Origin: Macrostomum lignano
Lineage: Eukaryota
Direction of reading: 5' to 3'
Assembly: GCA_002269645.1 (NCBI GenBank)
Contig: NIVC01004976.1
Location: 1-29,726 of the forward strand
DNA: 29,726 nucleotides
The first letter of the stretch is position 1. Each line of letters begins with the position of its first letter. This document shows positions 1 through 12,917 of this stretch, in pieces. The notes under the pieces were generated by a model. The model was not told where the DNA came from and did not search any database. It saw nothing but the letters and a program-made list of their open reading frames with translations. The position numbers were made by a program, and so were the translations under genes.

Positions 1-1476
1 AGTGAGATTGCAGAGCTGAGAGTGAGATGCAGAGCTGAGAGTGAGATTGCAGAGCTGAGAGTGAGATTGCAGAGCTGAGAGTGAGATTGCAGAGCTGAGA
101 GTGAGATTGCAGAGGCTGAGAGTGAGATTGCAGAGCTGAGAGTGAGATTGCAGAGCTGAGAGTGAGATTGCAGAGATGAGAGTGAGATTGCAGAGCTGAG
201 AGTGAGATTGCAGAGTCTGAGAGTGAGATTGCATCTCTGAGTGAGATTGCAGAGATGAGAGTGAGATTGCAGAGCTGAGAGTGAGATTGGCAGAGCTGAG
301 AGTGAGATTGCAGAGCTGAGAGTGAGATTGTAGAGCTGAGCGAGATTGCAGAGCTGAGAGTGAGATTGTAGAGCTGGGAGCGAGATTGCAGAGCTGAGAG
401 TGAGATTGTAGAGTGGGAGTGAGATCGCAGAGCTGAGATGAGATTGCAGATCTGGGAGTGAGATTGCAGAGCTGGGAGTGAGATATTGCAGAATCTAAGA
501 GTGAGATTGCAGATCTGGGAGTGATATTGCAGATCTAAGAGTGAGATTGCAGATCTGAGAGTGAGATTGCAGAGCTGGGAGTGATATTGCAGATCTAAGA
601 GTGAGATTGCAGATCTGGGAGTGATATTGCAGATCTAAGAGTGAGATTGCAGATCTGAGAGTGAATTGCAAAGCTGGGAGTGAGATAATTGCAGATCTGG
701 GAGTGAGATTGCAGATCTAAGAGTGAGATTGCAGATCTGGGAGTGAGATTGCAGATCTGGGAGTGAGATTGCAGATCTGGGAGTGAGATTGCAGATCTGG
801 GAGTGAGATTGCAGATCTGGGAGTGAGATTGCAGATCTGGGAGTGAGATTGCAGATCTGGGAGTGAGATTGCAGATCTGAGAGTGAGATTGCAAAGCTGG
901 GAGTGAGATTGCAGATCTGGGAGTGAGATTGCAGATCTAAGAGTGAGATTGCAGATCTGGGAGTGAGATTGCAGATCTGGGAGTGAGATTGCAGATCTGG
1001 GAGTGAGATTGCAGAGCTGGGAGTGATATTGCAGATCTAAGAGTGAGATTGCAGATCTGGGAGTGATATTGCAGATCTGGGAGTGAGATTGCAGATCTGA
1101 GAGTGAGATTGCAAAGCTGGGAGTGAGATTGCAGATCTGGGAGTGAGATTGCAGATCTGGGAGTGAGATTGCAGATCTGGGAGTGAGATTGCAGATCTGG
1201 GAGTGAGATTGTAGAGCTGGGAGCGAGATTGCAGAGCTGAGAGTGAGATTGCAGATCTGGGAGTGAGATTGTAGAGCTGGGAGCGAGATTGCAGAGCTGA
1301 GAGTGAGATTGTAGAGCTGGGAGTGAGATTGCAGAGCTGAGAGTGAGATTGTAGAGCTGGGAGCGAGATCGCAGAGCTGAGAGTGAGATTGTAGAGCTGG
1401 GAGTGAGATCGCAGAGCTGAGAGTGAGATTGCAGATCTGGGAGTGAGATTGCAGAGCTGGGAGTGAGATTGCAGAT
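1..1476. repeat. 20-bp tandem minisatellite (GAGTGAGATTGCAGA[G/T]CTG[A/G]), continues past left edge
   Basis: About 70 direct copies are visible, with variant blocks (GAGCTGAGA early, GATCTGGGA in the middle, GTAGAGCTGGGAGC late). Isolated copies occur near 5567-5600 and 5861-5880. It explains the repetitive ORFs at 595-1501. Confidence 0.97.
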
Positions 1477-1520
1477 GAAGGCCATGAAAAAGATGACACA
1501 CTGTCCTTTCTGTATCTACT

Positions 1521-2516
1521 TTAGTATTGAAGCCGCGAATTTACCGCCTTATTCCGATCAGCAACCGCCGCAGGGCCTGGCGCCTTCCAGCAGATGCGCG
1601 CGCACACGGGCGCCAGCAGGAGCAGCAGGAGGAGGCAGCCGGCTGTCAGAGCCACGGGCAGGCTGGCCGCGTGAACTGGCAGCGACTGGACAGTCAGGCT
1701 GAAATTCGTCTGGCCGCCGCCGACATCGCTAATTCCGGTGTCCAAGATGCCGCACTGGCCGCCCCCGTCAGGAAAAGTCCGGACAGTCAGGAAAAATGTC
1801 GATAGCGTGGAATTTGCGCTTCGAATTGTGGCGGCGGCTGCACTGACTAGAAGGTAGCCGCTGCCTGTCAGGGTCTGCGCACTGATGACGCTGCTTCCCG
1901 AGTCGCTCAGCGGACATCGAGCCTGATGCAGCTGTACCAGAGCGCAGCGAATCGACGGCGCCGCTCTGAAGGCCAGCCGCCACGCTGTTTGGAGCGCCGC
2001 TGGACCTGACGGCACGCGAATCGCCAGCAGTTGCGGAGAATCCGCCGATTCCACCGTGAAACTGACGCTGGAGCCCGGAGTCACGGTGAAGTCCGACATC
2101 AGCTGGCCGGAGAACTCAACCAGCACCGGCCGGGCAGACTGGGTAGCGATGGTCAGCGTCAGCAGCTCCCAGTCTGTCGCCAGCTCAAATTCTCTGCTCA
2201 AACTCATTGGAGGGCAAAGCGTCCTAGCAACGGTTGCCAATGGCGCTGTAATTATCCAAGATTCGACAGACTCTCTGTGCTGCAGGCCAATCAGAACTGG
2301 CGCGACAGCTGAGGCATTCGGCGACATGACTCGGAGTCTGAAGGCCGCATCGAGAAGCTGCTCAGCCGGTATGGAGAACTCGGCCTGGTACGGCCTGAGT
2401 CGGGAGATAACAGCTGTGTGCGCTTCATCAATGGATGCAGACTCAGATGGAACCCAGCTGACTAATAGAAGTACAATGATAGCCGCGATAAAACGAAAGG
2501 GACGCATTTCCAACAA
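1521..2516 (-). CDS. sid-1: SID-1/SIDT-family-like protein: signal peptide, ectodomain and first TM helix (complete single-pass gene, or first exon of a longer gene)
   Basis: N-terminal hydrophobic signal (IAAIIVLLLVSW). APVLIGLQHRESVESW...ARTLCP resembles SIDT YPVLxVVRQQKxVLSW...SRTLCP. RCALVQLHQARCP and GQCG supply the other three ectodomain cysteines. C-terminal TM is LPVALTAGCLLLLLLLAPV. Recognised from memory of the family. Confidence 0.7.
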   Translation of the reverse strand: MLEMRPFRFIAAIIVLLLVSWVPSESASIDEAHTAVISRLRPYQAEFSIPAEQLLDAAFRLRVMSPNASAVAPVLIGLQHRESVESWIITAPLATVARTLCPPMSLSREFELATDWELLTLTIATQSARPVLVEFSGQLMSDFTVTPGSSVSFTVESADSPQLLAIRVPSGPAALQTAWRLAFRAAPSIRCALVQLHQARCPLSDSGSSVISAQTLTGSGYLLVSAAAATIRSANSTLSTFFLTVRTFPDGGGQCGILDTGISDVGGGQTNFSLTVQSLPVHAASLPVALTAGCLLLLLLLAPVCARICWKAPGPAAVADRNKAVNSRLQY

Positions 2517-3350
2517 AGTAGAGGATATAATTAAAAGCCTCTATAATATTCTGCACGGGCCAGCTCAACTTCGCCATTTTATATACTCTTGATTCTCAGC
2601 ATACGTGTATCCTCTAGCTATCTCTGTGCAACAGAGCCTTGAAATGGTCTATTTTTAATTAATGAGCTGATATAGCTAATTAATTTTGCAAATAAATGGC
2701 CGCATAGTTCAATTTGGCCGGATGTGGTTTTTTTAAAACAAAAAATTTCGAATGTTTTTCAAGCAGTTTACTTATAGCCAGAAAGCTTTAATTCGCCTCG
2801 CGTGTACCTCATACACTACACTATCTTGCATTGCTCAGTGTTTTGAAAAAAAAACTTGATAAGTGACTCTCTTGACCTTTAAGTCTATATTCTTAACGTC
2901 ATTTAAGACGCCTAACTTTTTCGGTGTGAAGGATTCACTTGAATTTTTATTACTCTATTTCCGTACTGTAGATTGTGATGGGTTTCGGCCTTTCGGCCCC
3001 CTTGTGGGGAAGCCTTCGGGCCTCAGGTCTTAGAAATAAATCAATTAGAGTCCTGGCCCCCACTCCTGTCAGATGGTCAGCCCCATGGTAGCTGTGATCT
3101 GTGGTGAGCAGTCTAGGTCCTATAGCTAAGAGAGGGACAGCGAGAGACAAACGGAGAATTTTGAAGGTAGAAATTAGTTAATCCGCAGATTAGCTAACTC
3201 GCTGCCACCAGCCCGTTCGTCCTGGCTCACCACACCGGGACTCTCAAAATTGGGCTTCCGACTAGAAGGGGCTTTGCACTTACCTGCTGCCAACTAGTGT
3301 CTTTTTGCTGTCAATCTCGAAGTCATAGCCGATGATAAGGGACACTGGTT

Positions 3351-3454
3351 GGTTATTCGTAAGTGAGACTTTAGGATAATAGTCCGGCTAATGAGTGCGC
3401 GCAGCGCACGAGTGAGTATAGGACTATTATCTAAAGTCTCACTTACGAATAACC
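3351..3454. repeat. Near-perfect inverted repeat (35/34-bp arms) with internal GTGCGC-GCA-GCGCAC hairpin
   Basis: 3351-3385 GGTTATTCGTAAGTGAGACTTTAGGATAATAGTCC is the reverse complement of 3421-3454 except for one bulged base. Confidence 0.9.
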
Positions 3455-3668
3455 GCATTGTCGAATTTCAGTGGGGCCATAGACAAAAAGGGCATTGAAA
3501 GGAGAGAGGGGTTACCGAGGAGAGAGAGACATAAAGACTGAGGTGGTTTACTGGAGTTTGGGCCATAGACAACGAAGTTGCAAACAGGCTGGGGGTTAAG
3601 AGGGTGGAAAGGAAGGAGATGTGGAGAGAAAGAGAGAATAAAACGTAAATAGCTACATTCGCTTGGCC

Positions 3669-4138
3669 ATGGAGAACCAGACGTCATATCCGATCAACTG
3701 GGGCAATATGCCTGTCGAAAGTTTAGCCAACGTATCTAGCAGCGAACTCAATTGGATCTCAAGACTTTCCACATCTCAGAAGGACATGAAGGATAACGAA
3801 GACTTTTTGAACTTCTTGCACTTTCTTGAGACCTGGAATCGGCTGGGCATTCGATGAGCGAGATCATGGCTATCACGGGTCAAAAGTCCGAGAGCACGGT
3901 CCGGCGCTACCTGGCAGTTAAACGGGACAAGTCCCTGCAACAATGCAGCGATGCAGTGTCGCGTGCGTTGAACATGGGACAAAGCGCCGCGACCCACGGT
4001 CAAGTAACAATGCCTGCTGACATCAGCATCCAAAGTTCCATCGTGCAAGAAGCAGTGAGCGTGTCTGATGGTCGTCAGATGAACGATCGGAATATCTTTA
4101 TTATGAACAACTGCACTTTCAACAATTGCAATCTGTAA
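3669..4138 (+). pseudogene. Tyrosine recombinase (Crypton/DUF3504-like) remnant: N-terminal piece joined out of frame to C-terminal piece
   Basis: Frame from 3830 reads DLESAGHSMSEIMAITGQKSESTVRRY, matching LxxAGxxxxxIMxxTGH(R/K)SxxxxxxY with His changed to Gln. It ends in NNCTFNNCNL, a tail typical of these proteins. ORF 3669-3857 resembles the N-terminal segment; the central catalytic part is absent. Confidence 0.6.
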
Positions 4139-5603
4139 TGGTCTTCGGCACTATGACAATTGCGCCATATTGATATTGCACAATTAACTTTCCATAGCGC
4201 TAATCTTTTGTTGTTGGTGTTTGCTGTTTTGTTCTAAAAATAGGCGTCCATTATCCCGAGTTTGAAATCATTATCCTGAAGTTTAAGTGAAAAAAATAAA
4301 TAAATGTGCTCATGGTTTAACCATAGACGATTGCATTATCCTAAAGGCTGATTTTTGACAATGCTGGGACTCGATCGCATTGGCCATGCAGGTACAGAGG
4401 GGACTTGTGCAGGGGATTCTTGCGGTGGCGAGTCTATGGGGTAGCTATACATGTACTATTACATTGCTAAATACGAAGAATTGTACTTTTGGCCTTCAAC
4501 GCGCCAACTAGCCTCTCCTAGCGCTGATGATAGACTAACTCGAACTTCAGAGACCGCATGATTGATCACCCGAGCCACTTGGCTAACCTAGAGTGCGCAG
4601 AGTACATCTCTGGAGCCGATTCTGCACTATTGGCAATTTCGCTAACGATTTGATAGCTCGTAGATTGATCGACTGAGAACTGCCTTGCCATTGGTCCACT
4701 GTGACCGGCGCCTACTAGCTTAGCTATTTATCTGAGCCATCGGCGAACAAAGAAATAGAATTGATAAAAATAACTGTTAGATTTAACCTTCTCTTTAGAT
4801 CACAATTCACACTTCAGATTGAATTGGGGTTTAGACTACTAGCAGTATTATTGAATGACTTCTGCCTCGATTAACAGCACTACTGAATAAAATGAGCAAA
4901 ATTTTGCGCCTAATCCAGCTACTGAAACAGGGGACAGATAAGGAATCATCCAATCAAGCAAGTCTAGGCAGCCTCTCACCCAACCAATCAGAAACTCAAC
5001 AGCCGGAGACCAGGTAATCCACAGTGACCGAATCGGCTTAGTGCTTCGCAGCTGTAGGCCCGGGATGATGCTGATGTCGTAATCTTCGCTAATAGCTAGC
5101 AGGTGATGCACTTCACTTTGATGTTCACTGCTGATGACCGGGGGGACTCGCCCTTGATGATGATGGGGGGGGGGTCGCAATCCGTGGATCAAGAAACGAC
5201 GGTCAATTCCTGGCCGGTCAATAGGCCCTGACCTCATAAATCTTGATGGCCTGTCAAAATGATGAGAAAAAAGCTTTCATTCGCATCCCCTCAGACCATC
5301 TGGCGCCCGCCTCAACACTGAGTGAGGCGCAGGTGGCTGTCAGAATAGCTTCGAAAGCGATGATTTATGACCCAAAAAGCTGCGCCTATGTTATTATGAC
5401 TACTAGTATGACCAAACATTATATCTAGTATAGATTCCATGACAATTCGCAGAAAAATGATAAAAATGCCCATTGTTGCCCACTGTTAGTAGGCTAGTAA
5501 GTTTAGAGCCTATGTGCTAGCGCGGGATTTGGAAAAAAAGTGCGTCCTCATCAATTGTAGGGCTGACTTGAGATTGCAGAGCTGGGAGTGAGATTACAGC
5601 TTC

Positions 5604-5862
5604 TGGCGCCGCGCAGGCTTTTTTTGGCGCCACAGCAGGCATTTCCTTTGGCGCCGCAGGCTTTTTTTTGGCGCCGCAGGCATTCTTTATATTTTGGCGC
5701 CCTATTTTAGCGCCCTTCTCTATATTTTGGCGCCTTGAGGTGAAAAAAAAATAATTTCACTATAGTCACAAGGTTTGGGGGAGGGGACAAAGCATTGACA
5801 TGTCCCCCATAGCTTTTACTGGGAGGATAGCCCCCTGTCCCCCCCCCAGCGATGCGCCTGGC
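5604..5862. repeat. Cluster of T-rich TTTGGCGCC repeats followed by a G/C-run hairpin; probably a MITE/DNA-transposon end
   Basis: About seven (T)nGGCGCC or TAGCGCC units in 5604-5735, then GGGGGAGGGGACA ... TGTCCCCCCCCC. Confidence 0.4.
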
Positions 5863-8123
5863 TGAGTGAGGTTGCAGAGCATTTCAAAAATTTATACCTC
5901 CATAAGCCATTTTAGCACACAGAGCATTCTTAAAACGCTGTTGGTTGGTTGGAGCATGCATGGACCCAAACCCCGGATTCACATTTAGCCCCAAATTAAT
6001 CATGTGACAGCACTTGGGCAGGTAATTGAGCAGTCAAAATATTTTATTGTATTGTATAGCTACGAGTACATAGTTCTTTAGCAAATGGTAAAAATAAGAA
6101 ACTGCACTTGCATGTATTGATTGGGATCATTCAACTAGCAGTGCACACTCGATCTGCCCTCTATTGCATGCACAGTTCCTCTCAGAATTGCCTCTCCTTA
6201 TGATGGATGCATTTAAAATGCATTTAATTTGAGGTTGTTAAAATCTCAAATCACAATTGACAAATTCAAAATAACCGCGCCCTGACCTTTGACCTTGGAG
6301 ATTGAAGTTCTTTCGTCGTCTGTCTAGCTGTCTCACTGATCTCTGATTACATGTAGTTGTAGAATTAATAAAACAAAAATCAAAGTTACATTGAACTTAA
6401 ATTTACAAGGCCTTAAATAATTTTGGTTGCAACTTGGTAATTTTGAATCTGCACGTTCTAGAATCCAGAAGCTACATGTATAATTACTAGAACTTTCTAG
6501 CAGTCGGTTGCTTTGCTTTAACTAGGCCTAGCTATAGGGCCGCGCCTATACGGTAGTAGGTGCGATAAAAGTAGGAGGTTCCGAGGGAGTTTCTGGTTTT
6601 CTAAAAATGCATTTATTTTTCCTCAAGTCTGATCTGGTCTGGTCGTGTCTCGTGTCGTGGTGTTATTTTAAGCTAGGCCTAGGCCTAGCAATGTAAAAGC
6701 TTTATTTTTGTGAAAATTCTATCGGGAACAGAATCTCAAACTCATATACATATAGTCGTCATACATGTACAAACTACCTGATCGAGACATAACCATGCCC
6801 AGGTAAAATGAACCTTATAGCACACAAGTAGTACAGCTATAGGGCCTAATACAGCAGTACTACATTTATGATGAGTTTAGAATTTTGGACAGGTAGATAT
6901 TCTCTAGACTTGAGAAATGATATTAGTAGGCCTACATAATATCAATTATTTAAAATTGCAATTTGAAGCTCAAAAGTCTCTGTCTAAATCCTGCACTTTT
7001 TATATTAATAAATAATTTATGCCCTAGTAGGCCTACTTGTTTTTGTTTTGTTGTAGGTTGAATTAGGACAAATATTATAATCTAAGTCTAATAGAAAGTA
7101 CAAATGATGAAGTGCGTAGCAGCCATCTGCTACGTACTTCATCCAGAATATCTGGTATTTCCAGAATACCGGAAAATGATTTCACACTGAACCCTGTTTG
7201 TTATTTTTGGCTTATTAATTCATGCTCACGATTCTTTAAGTCCATGATTATAATATTAAAATATACTTGTAGGCCCGCAATAGTAGTCATGGATTTACGA
7301 ATTTTGTTTAAGTGCATGAGTCTATAATTGTTAAATCAAATTAGAATAAAAATTAATAGACAAAATGGAATTTTTTTAAATTATAACTCAACACATATCG
7401 GATTGCTATACTCGTATTGTGTTGTTCAGGGATGCATTTGGGAACAACAAAAAGTAGGCCCAGTTCATTTCAGTTTATGAATTACAAATGAATTTTTTAA
7501 TAGAAACTTATTGGAATGCCAGTTTCAAAATATCTTGACAAAAGTCCGCAAACATTCAAATTTGCACCAGGCTATAGACACTTACTTTTTGCACCATAGG
7601 CACTCATTTTGTGGCATTGCATGTGCTCATTTAAGTGTTTTAAACATTCATTTTGGCGCTAGTGGTGCTATATTTTGGCACTTTAAAACAAATCTATTGA
7701 TTGGGGAAACAGTGCAAATTAGGCCTACCTATATAGCATCAATCTCATAGCTTTTTTAAAGAGAGGGTGGCCCACGTATAACACGCCAAATTTAAAGTAA
7801 AACATTAATAACTTTGTCATTTGCAACCTATACGAGGTATTGACAAAATTTTAACACTTAATGTTGCCACAAGTATAGCATACTAGCCATGTAGCCCCCC
7901 ACTGGGGGGCCTTAAAAATGACACCAAATTGCCATAAATCAAAACTTTAATCAGCCAAAAAAGTTTCCTTCATCAACCCAAAACCCTTTCTCAATCAGCA
8001 AATAGTGCTTATCCTTTCAAGCACTAACTCTTAGTGCATATTGTCACTATGGCCGGGGCATATTCTGGTCTACAGCGGGAGCTCACAGCCTTAGGCCCCT
8101 CTTTATTAGCCTAACTCAAAGAA

Positions 8124-8681
8124 TCCCCCAGAAAGCAAGCATCCCCCAGACAGCAAGCATAAGCAAACATCCCCCAGACAGCAAGCAATCCCCTCAGACA
8201 GCAAGCATTCCTCAGACAGCAAGCATTCCTCAGACAGCAAGCATTCCTCAGACAGCAAGCATTCCTCAGACAGCAAGCATTCCTCAAACAGCAAGCATTC
8301 CTCAGACAGCAATCATTACTCAGACAGCAAACATCCCCCAGACAGCAAGCAATCCCCTCAGACAGCAAGCATTCCTCAGACAGCAAGCATTCCTCAGACA
8401 GCAAGCATTCCTCAAACAGCAAGCATTCCTCAGACAGCAATCATTACTCAGACAGCAAACATCCCCCAGACAGCAAGCAATCCCCTCAGACAGCAAGCAT
8501 TCCTCAGACAGCAAGCATCCCCCAGACAGCAAGCATTCCTTAGACAGCAAGCATTCCCTAGACAGCAAGCATTCCTCAGACAGCAAGCATCCCCCAGATA
8601 GCAAGCATCCCCCAGACAGCAAGCATTCCTCAGACAGCAAGCATTACTCAGACAGCAAGCATAAGCAAGCATTTCTCAGAC
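8124..8681. repeat. 18-bp minisatellite (CAGACAGCAAGCATTCCT) with a ~128-bp higher-order duplication
   Basis: About 30 direct copies. The same variant series recurs at 8281 and 8409. It explains the ORFs at 8106-8672. Confidence 0.95.
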
Positions 8682-8759
8682 CCAGGGCACACACAGATGG
8701 ACAATTTTTAGCATCAGCCAATGAAATGCTTCAGCAATGCAGTCAAATACATAGCAGCT

Positions 8760-8822
8760 GATATACACAGTGAGTGATATACACAGTGAGTGATATACAC
8801 AGTGAGTGATATATAACAGTGA
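8760..8822. repeat. 16-bp tandem repeat (GATATACACAGTGAGT), about 4 copies
   Basis: Direct copies visible. Confidence 0.9.
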
Positions 8823-9144
8823 GGCCAAATCATGTTGGAAAGAATAGAATGGAGTGCTAGTCTGAGCCAGTTGTTTTTATCTCACTCGATCTTAACTTTT
8901 AACATCCCTTTCCCCTGTTCTTTCCTATTGGCTCGTGACTACCATAGACAAAGTATTTTTTGTCTCATTTTCATTTTCATTCCCCTCTGAAAGGTCTGTC
9001 CCAGCATAGTATGAGCTCGCATCAAAATATGCTTTTAGCCAATAGGAAGGAACGGGGGGAAAGGGATGTTAAAAGCAAAAATTGAGCGAGATAAAAATGA
9101 CTGGCTCAGATTGGCGCTCCATTCTATTCTTTCCTCCATGGGCC
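8823..9144. mobile_element. MITE-like element with ~110-bp imperfect terminal inverted repeats (possibly PIF/Harbinger type)
   Basis: GGCC...GAAAGAATAGAATGGAG...TTTCCTATTGGCT (8823-8933) pairs with AGCCAATAGGAAG...CTCCATTCTATTCTTTC...GGCC (9038-9144). Flanks are TGA and TAA, close to a 3-bp TWA-type target site. Confidence 0.65.
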
Positions 9145-9494
9145 TAATACACAGTTGCATATAATACTTCAACGCTTTTAAAGTGCACTGGCTGATATCT
9201 CTCTTTTATACAAAAAAGCATGTTTTCGAATACACGTATTTAATTACTTATAGAGAGTAGCATTAGCTCAAGAAGTTGAAGTTTAGTCTATGGCCATAGT
9301 TATATTGAGCTCTCACTATGAGAAAAATACACTAATTAGATAGGGAAAATATAGTTTTCCAAATATTTAACCATCTTCCCATTCGATTTTATCAATGCAA
9401 TTACATCCACACAATCTCACAAGAATTTCCGAATGAATAAAGCAAGTTTGAAAAAAATCGGTTCAGGCTTCAGGCTGTAGACTAAAATACCAGT

Positions 9495-10116
<622 letters not shown>

Positions 10117-12917
10117 ATCTAAGAGATTTAGTATATTGTGATGATTTACAAAATTTATGCACACAAGCACTCACTCACACACAAAGCAAAGTGAATGTGG
10201 CATCCCCGCGGCTTGCTTTTTAACATTCAACTTCGGACCTCCACTTGCATGTGTATATGTGATTGCTTGCATGCGTAAATTCTGCAAATATAATGCTATA
10301 TTTGTGACAACCTTGTGTTAAAATTATGTCAACATTGGTTGAAATATCTTTCTTTTTTAAATGAAGGATAAAAAATTATCCAATGTATTTTGAAAAGTGC
10401 AAAGTTACTAAGGGCAAATGCATTGCCCTCGGGTAATAAGGGCAAGGACAGAGACAGATCCCTTGTATTTCTCTGCAAATTGTCAAAACTCTGTTTTATT
10501 AAATACTACACAACTCTGTTTTGCTCTATAAAAAGGAATCAGAAAATATTCTGACAGACCAACTTGTTCTTGGTGTTGCAACTTGCAATTTTTGCTTATG
10601 CCTATCCAAGTTTTAAAAATAGCATATTCATCAATGCCTTATTTCTTAGTCATTCTGCCCCTTGTCCCTAGGAAACATCCTGTCTAATAGGGGCATGTTG
10701 CCTCTTCCCTTCTCCTCAAGGCATATAGGCCTGAATAGGCATCTTGCCTATTTCCCCCCCCCCTTAGATGTGCTGTCTTCCTAGGTGTTTTGCTTATCCC
10801 CAGATATACTGTCTCCCTAGGTGTCTTGCCTTACCCCCATAGATGTTCTGCTGTCTCCAAGGCCAGGCATCTTTCCTAACCTTAGACCTCTATCCATAAG
10901 GAATTTTGTCTCTTTCCCAATTCCCTATTGTTGTGACTGTGTTACTGTTTAGTGTACAAAGTGTATGAAGCATGCGTGACTGCTAAGTCATACAACCATT
11001 AGACTCGCTCTGTCAGGTCAGGTTGTACCTGCATTTTCCCACTCTCTCATCAATGTACAGCTAGAACCTGCTAAGGCCAATGAGGATTGAGGAGGCCCTA
11101 AAAGGCCAGGAAATAATACAGTAGGCCTATGCTTTGTTCCCAAATGGGGGCAAGTATTGTTTCTTTGGAGACATAGGTCAAAGAACCTGCCTCTCTTCCA
11201 AGTCTTAATTTTGTGCCCAGCACAGTTGGAACACCTATTAGACATTCTGCCCTTACCGCTAAAATTCCCCAAGAAAATTGTCCCTTTGTAAGAGATTTTA
11301 GTGGCATGATGGGCATCACAATTTGCTATTTGCTTATTGCCTGTTAGTATCAATAAATACTTTTAAATTACTACACAACAGAAGTTTTAAAAGGGGATTA
11401 AAAAAGATAAAATGGTTCAATCTAAATAGTAAGGAATCGAATCATAGAAAGAAGACCTAGCCAAACCAACTTATTCCATAGAATTAAACAAACACAAAGG
11501 CTCTCTGCCAACCCCCTCCATTTTATCGATTGGTTTGGGATAGAGGGAGGGGGGTTGCATTCTGCTGCGTACACAACAACCCCTCTTTTTTGACTTGGGG
11601 CTATAGAGTTTTTTGTCCTACTCGTGTATAGGGTCATTAAACCTATCTATCACACCCGGCCATGCCCTATCCAATAGTGATTGACTTATTAGAGATAGAG
11701 GCAAGGAAAATGAAGGAAAGTCTGGAAAGATCAACCCTGCAGTCTACTAGACTTAGTGGTTTTGAAAAGAGTTGAAATGCCTTTGGCTTTCAGCTTAGGC
11801 TTAGGCCTAATTAAAATTAAGTGGACCTAGACTGCATGGGATACAGTGCATGATTTTGCTTTGATTTTAGTTCTTGCTCTTTAATGTGCAGGGCGATCTA
11901 TAATTGTACGAGTAATAATGCTTTCAAATTCGTGCCTAAACGCTAAGTAAATAATTTGTTATACTGTACGATTTTCTCATAATATTTTACAAATATAATT
12001 TTTGTTTTAATCTACGAGTAAAATTAGTATAAATAGAAGCGTTTTTGGCGGAGGAAGAACAAACCCCTCGCGCATCGCGGTTCGCAATAATACCGATTAA
12101 TAGCAGTTAATGAGAGTTCCGAGAAAATAAGAATTGAAGAAGTGTTTTCTGTATTCATTCCTTTGAGAAGTAAGAGTGAAGTAGACGGAGGTGTGTACCG
12201 TATATACTACTAAGAAGGAAAGTGTTGAGTAGTAAGAAGTTGCGAAGTAGATCTGAAACAAGACGTGTAAGAATAACGGAGGCTGTGACCCTCTGATCTC
12301 GGTAACGCCCAAGGACTTGCAAAGTACATGAAATACATATACCAGTAAGCCAGAATACCGCTCAGGCCATTATTAAGTAGAACGCTACCAGAATAATAGA
12401 ACGCTACCAGAATAATCAGAAGAGTAAACCTCTCAGGGCTAACAGTTTTTCTAAGAATAATACTCAGACTAAATACTCAGACCTATTCTAAGAAACATTT
12501 TCAGATTATTCTAATATTGATAAACTCATAATTTATTAATAGAATAATCTTGGTGGCAGCTACCAACCTAACAAGAACATTTAAGAGAATAGTAAATTAG
12601 CCCTGTTACAACTTTGGTGGCATTTAGTGGAATTCTATAGAGAGCCAAAAGGCCTGTAACATTAATTTCTTATTCTAAAAGTAATAAAAAACTGTCAGCA
12701 ACCAACTCTCAATGCATTTTGGTGAGTTTTTTTATAAAATAAATGTGATTTATATTAGTAGTTATAGCTTATTAAAATTAAATACCATTTCTCACCTAAT
12801 TTGGTCCTACAAAAAGTCGATATAGTTCTAAATAAAGATACAAACTCTAGGAGTCTCAGGTTCTATACTATAGCTAAAATTGTCTTTGCATTCCAACTAG
12901 AGGAATAGAATAATAGA

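Larger units (their letters stand above)
3351..4346 (+). mobile_element. Internally deleted Crypton-like (tyrosine recombinase) non-autonomous element; boundaries approximate
   Basis: Recombinase C-terminal motif remnant at 3830-4138. 35-bp hairpin at the left end. CTTTAGGATAAT (3369-3380) is inverted as ATTATCCTAAAG (4335-4346), with further ATTATCC copies near 4250 and 4270. Confidence 0.5.

Noticed and set aside
1-1476. CRISPR-like appearance of regular repeats
   Set aside because: No unique spacers, no cas genes, and the context is eukaryotic.
595-1501. Long repetitive ORFs (LQSHSQICNL repeats)
   Set aside because: They are translations of the 20-bp minisatellite and appear in several frames.
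1527-2592. Plus-strand ORFs overlapping the SID-1-like gene
   Set aside because: Antisense shadows of a GC-rich coding sequence.
4848-5428. Short ORFs and a possible exon (MSKILRLIQLL...) near 4.9-5.4 kb
   Set aside because: No recognisable motif or consistent exon chain.
12550-12562. TGGTGGCAGC resembling a tRNA-Leu primer binding site
   Set aside because: Only about 10 nt match. No adjacent LTR end, gag or pol.
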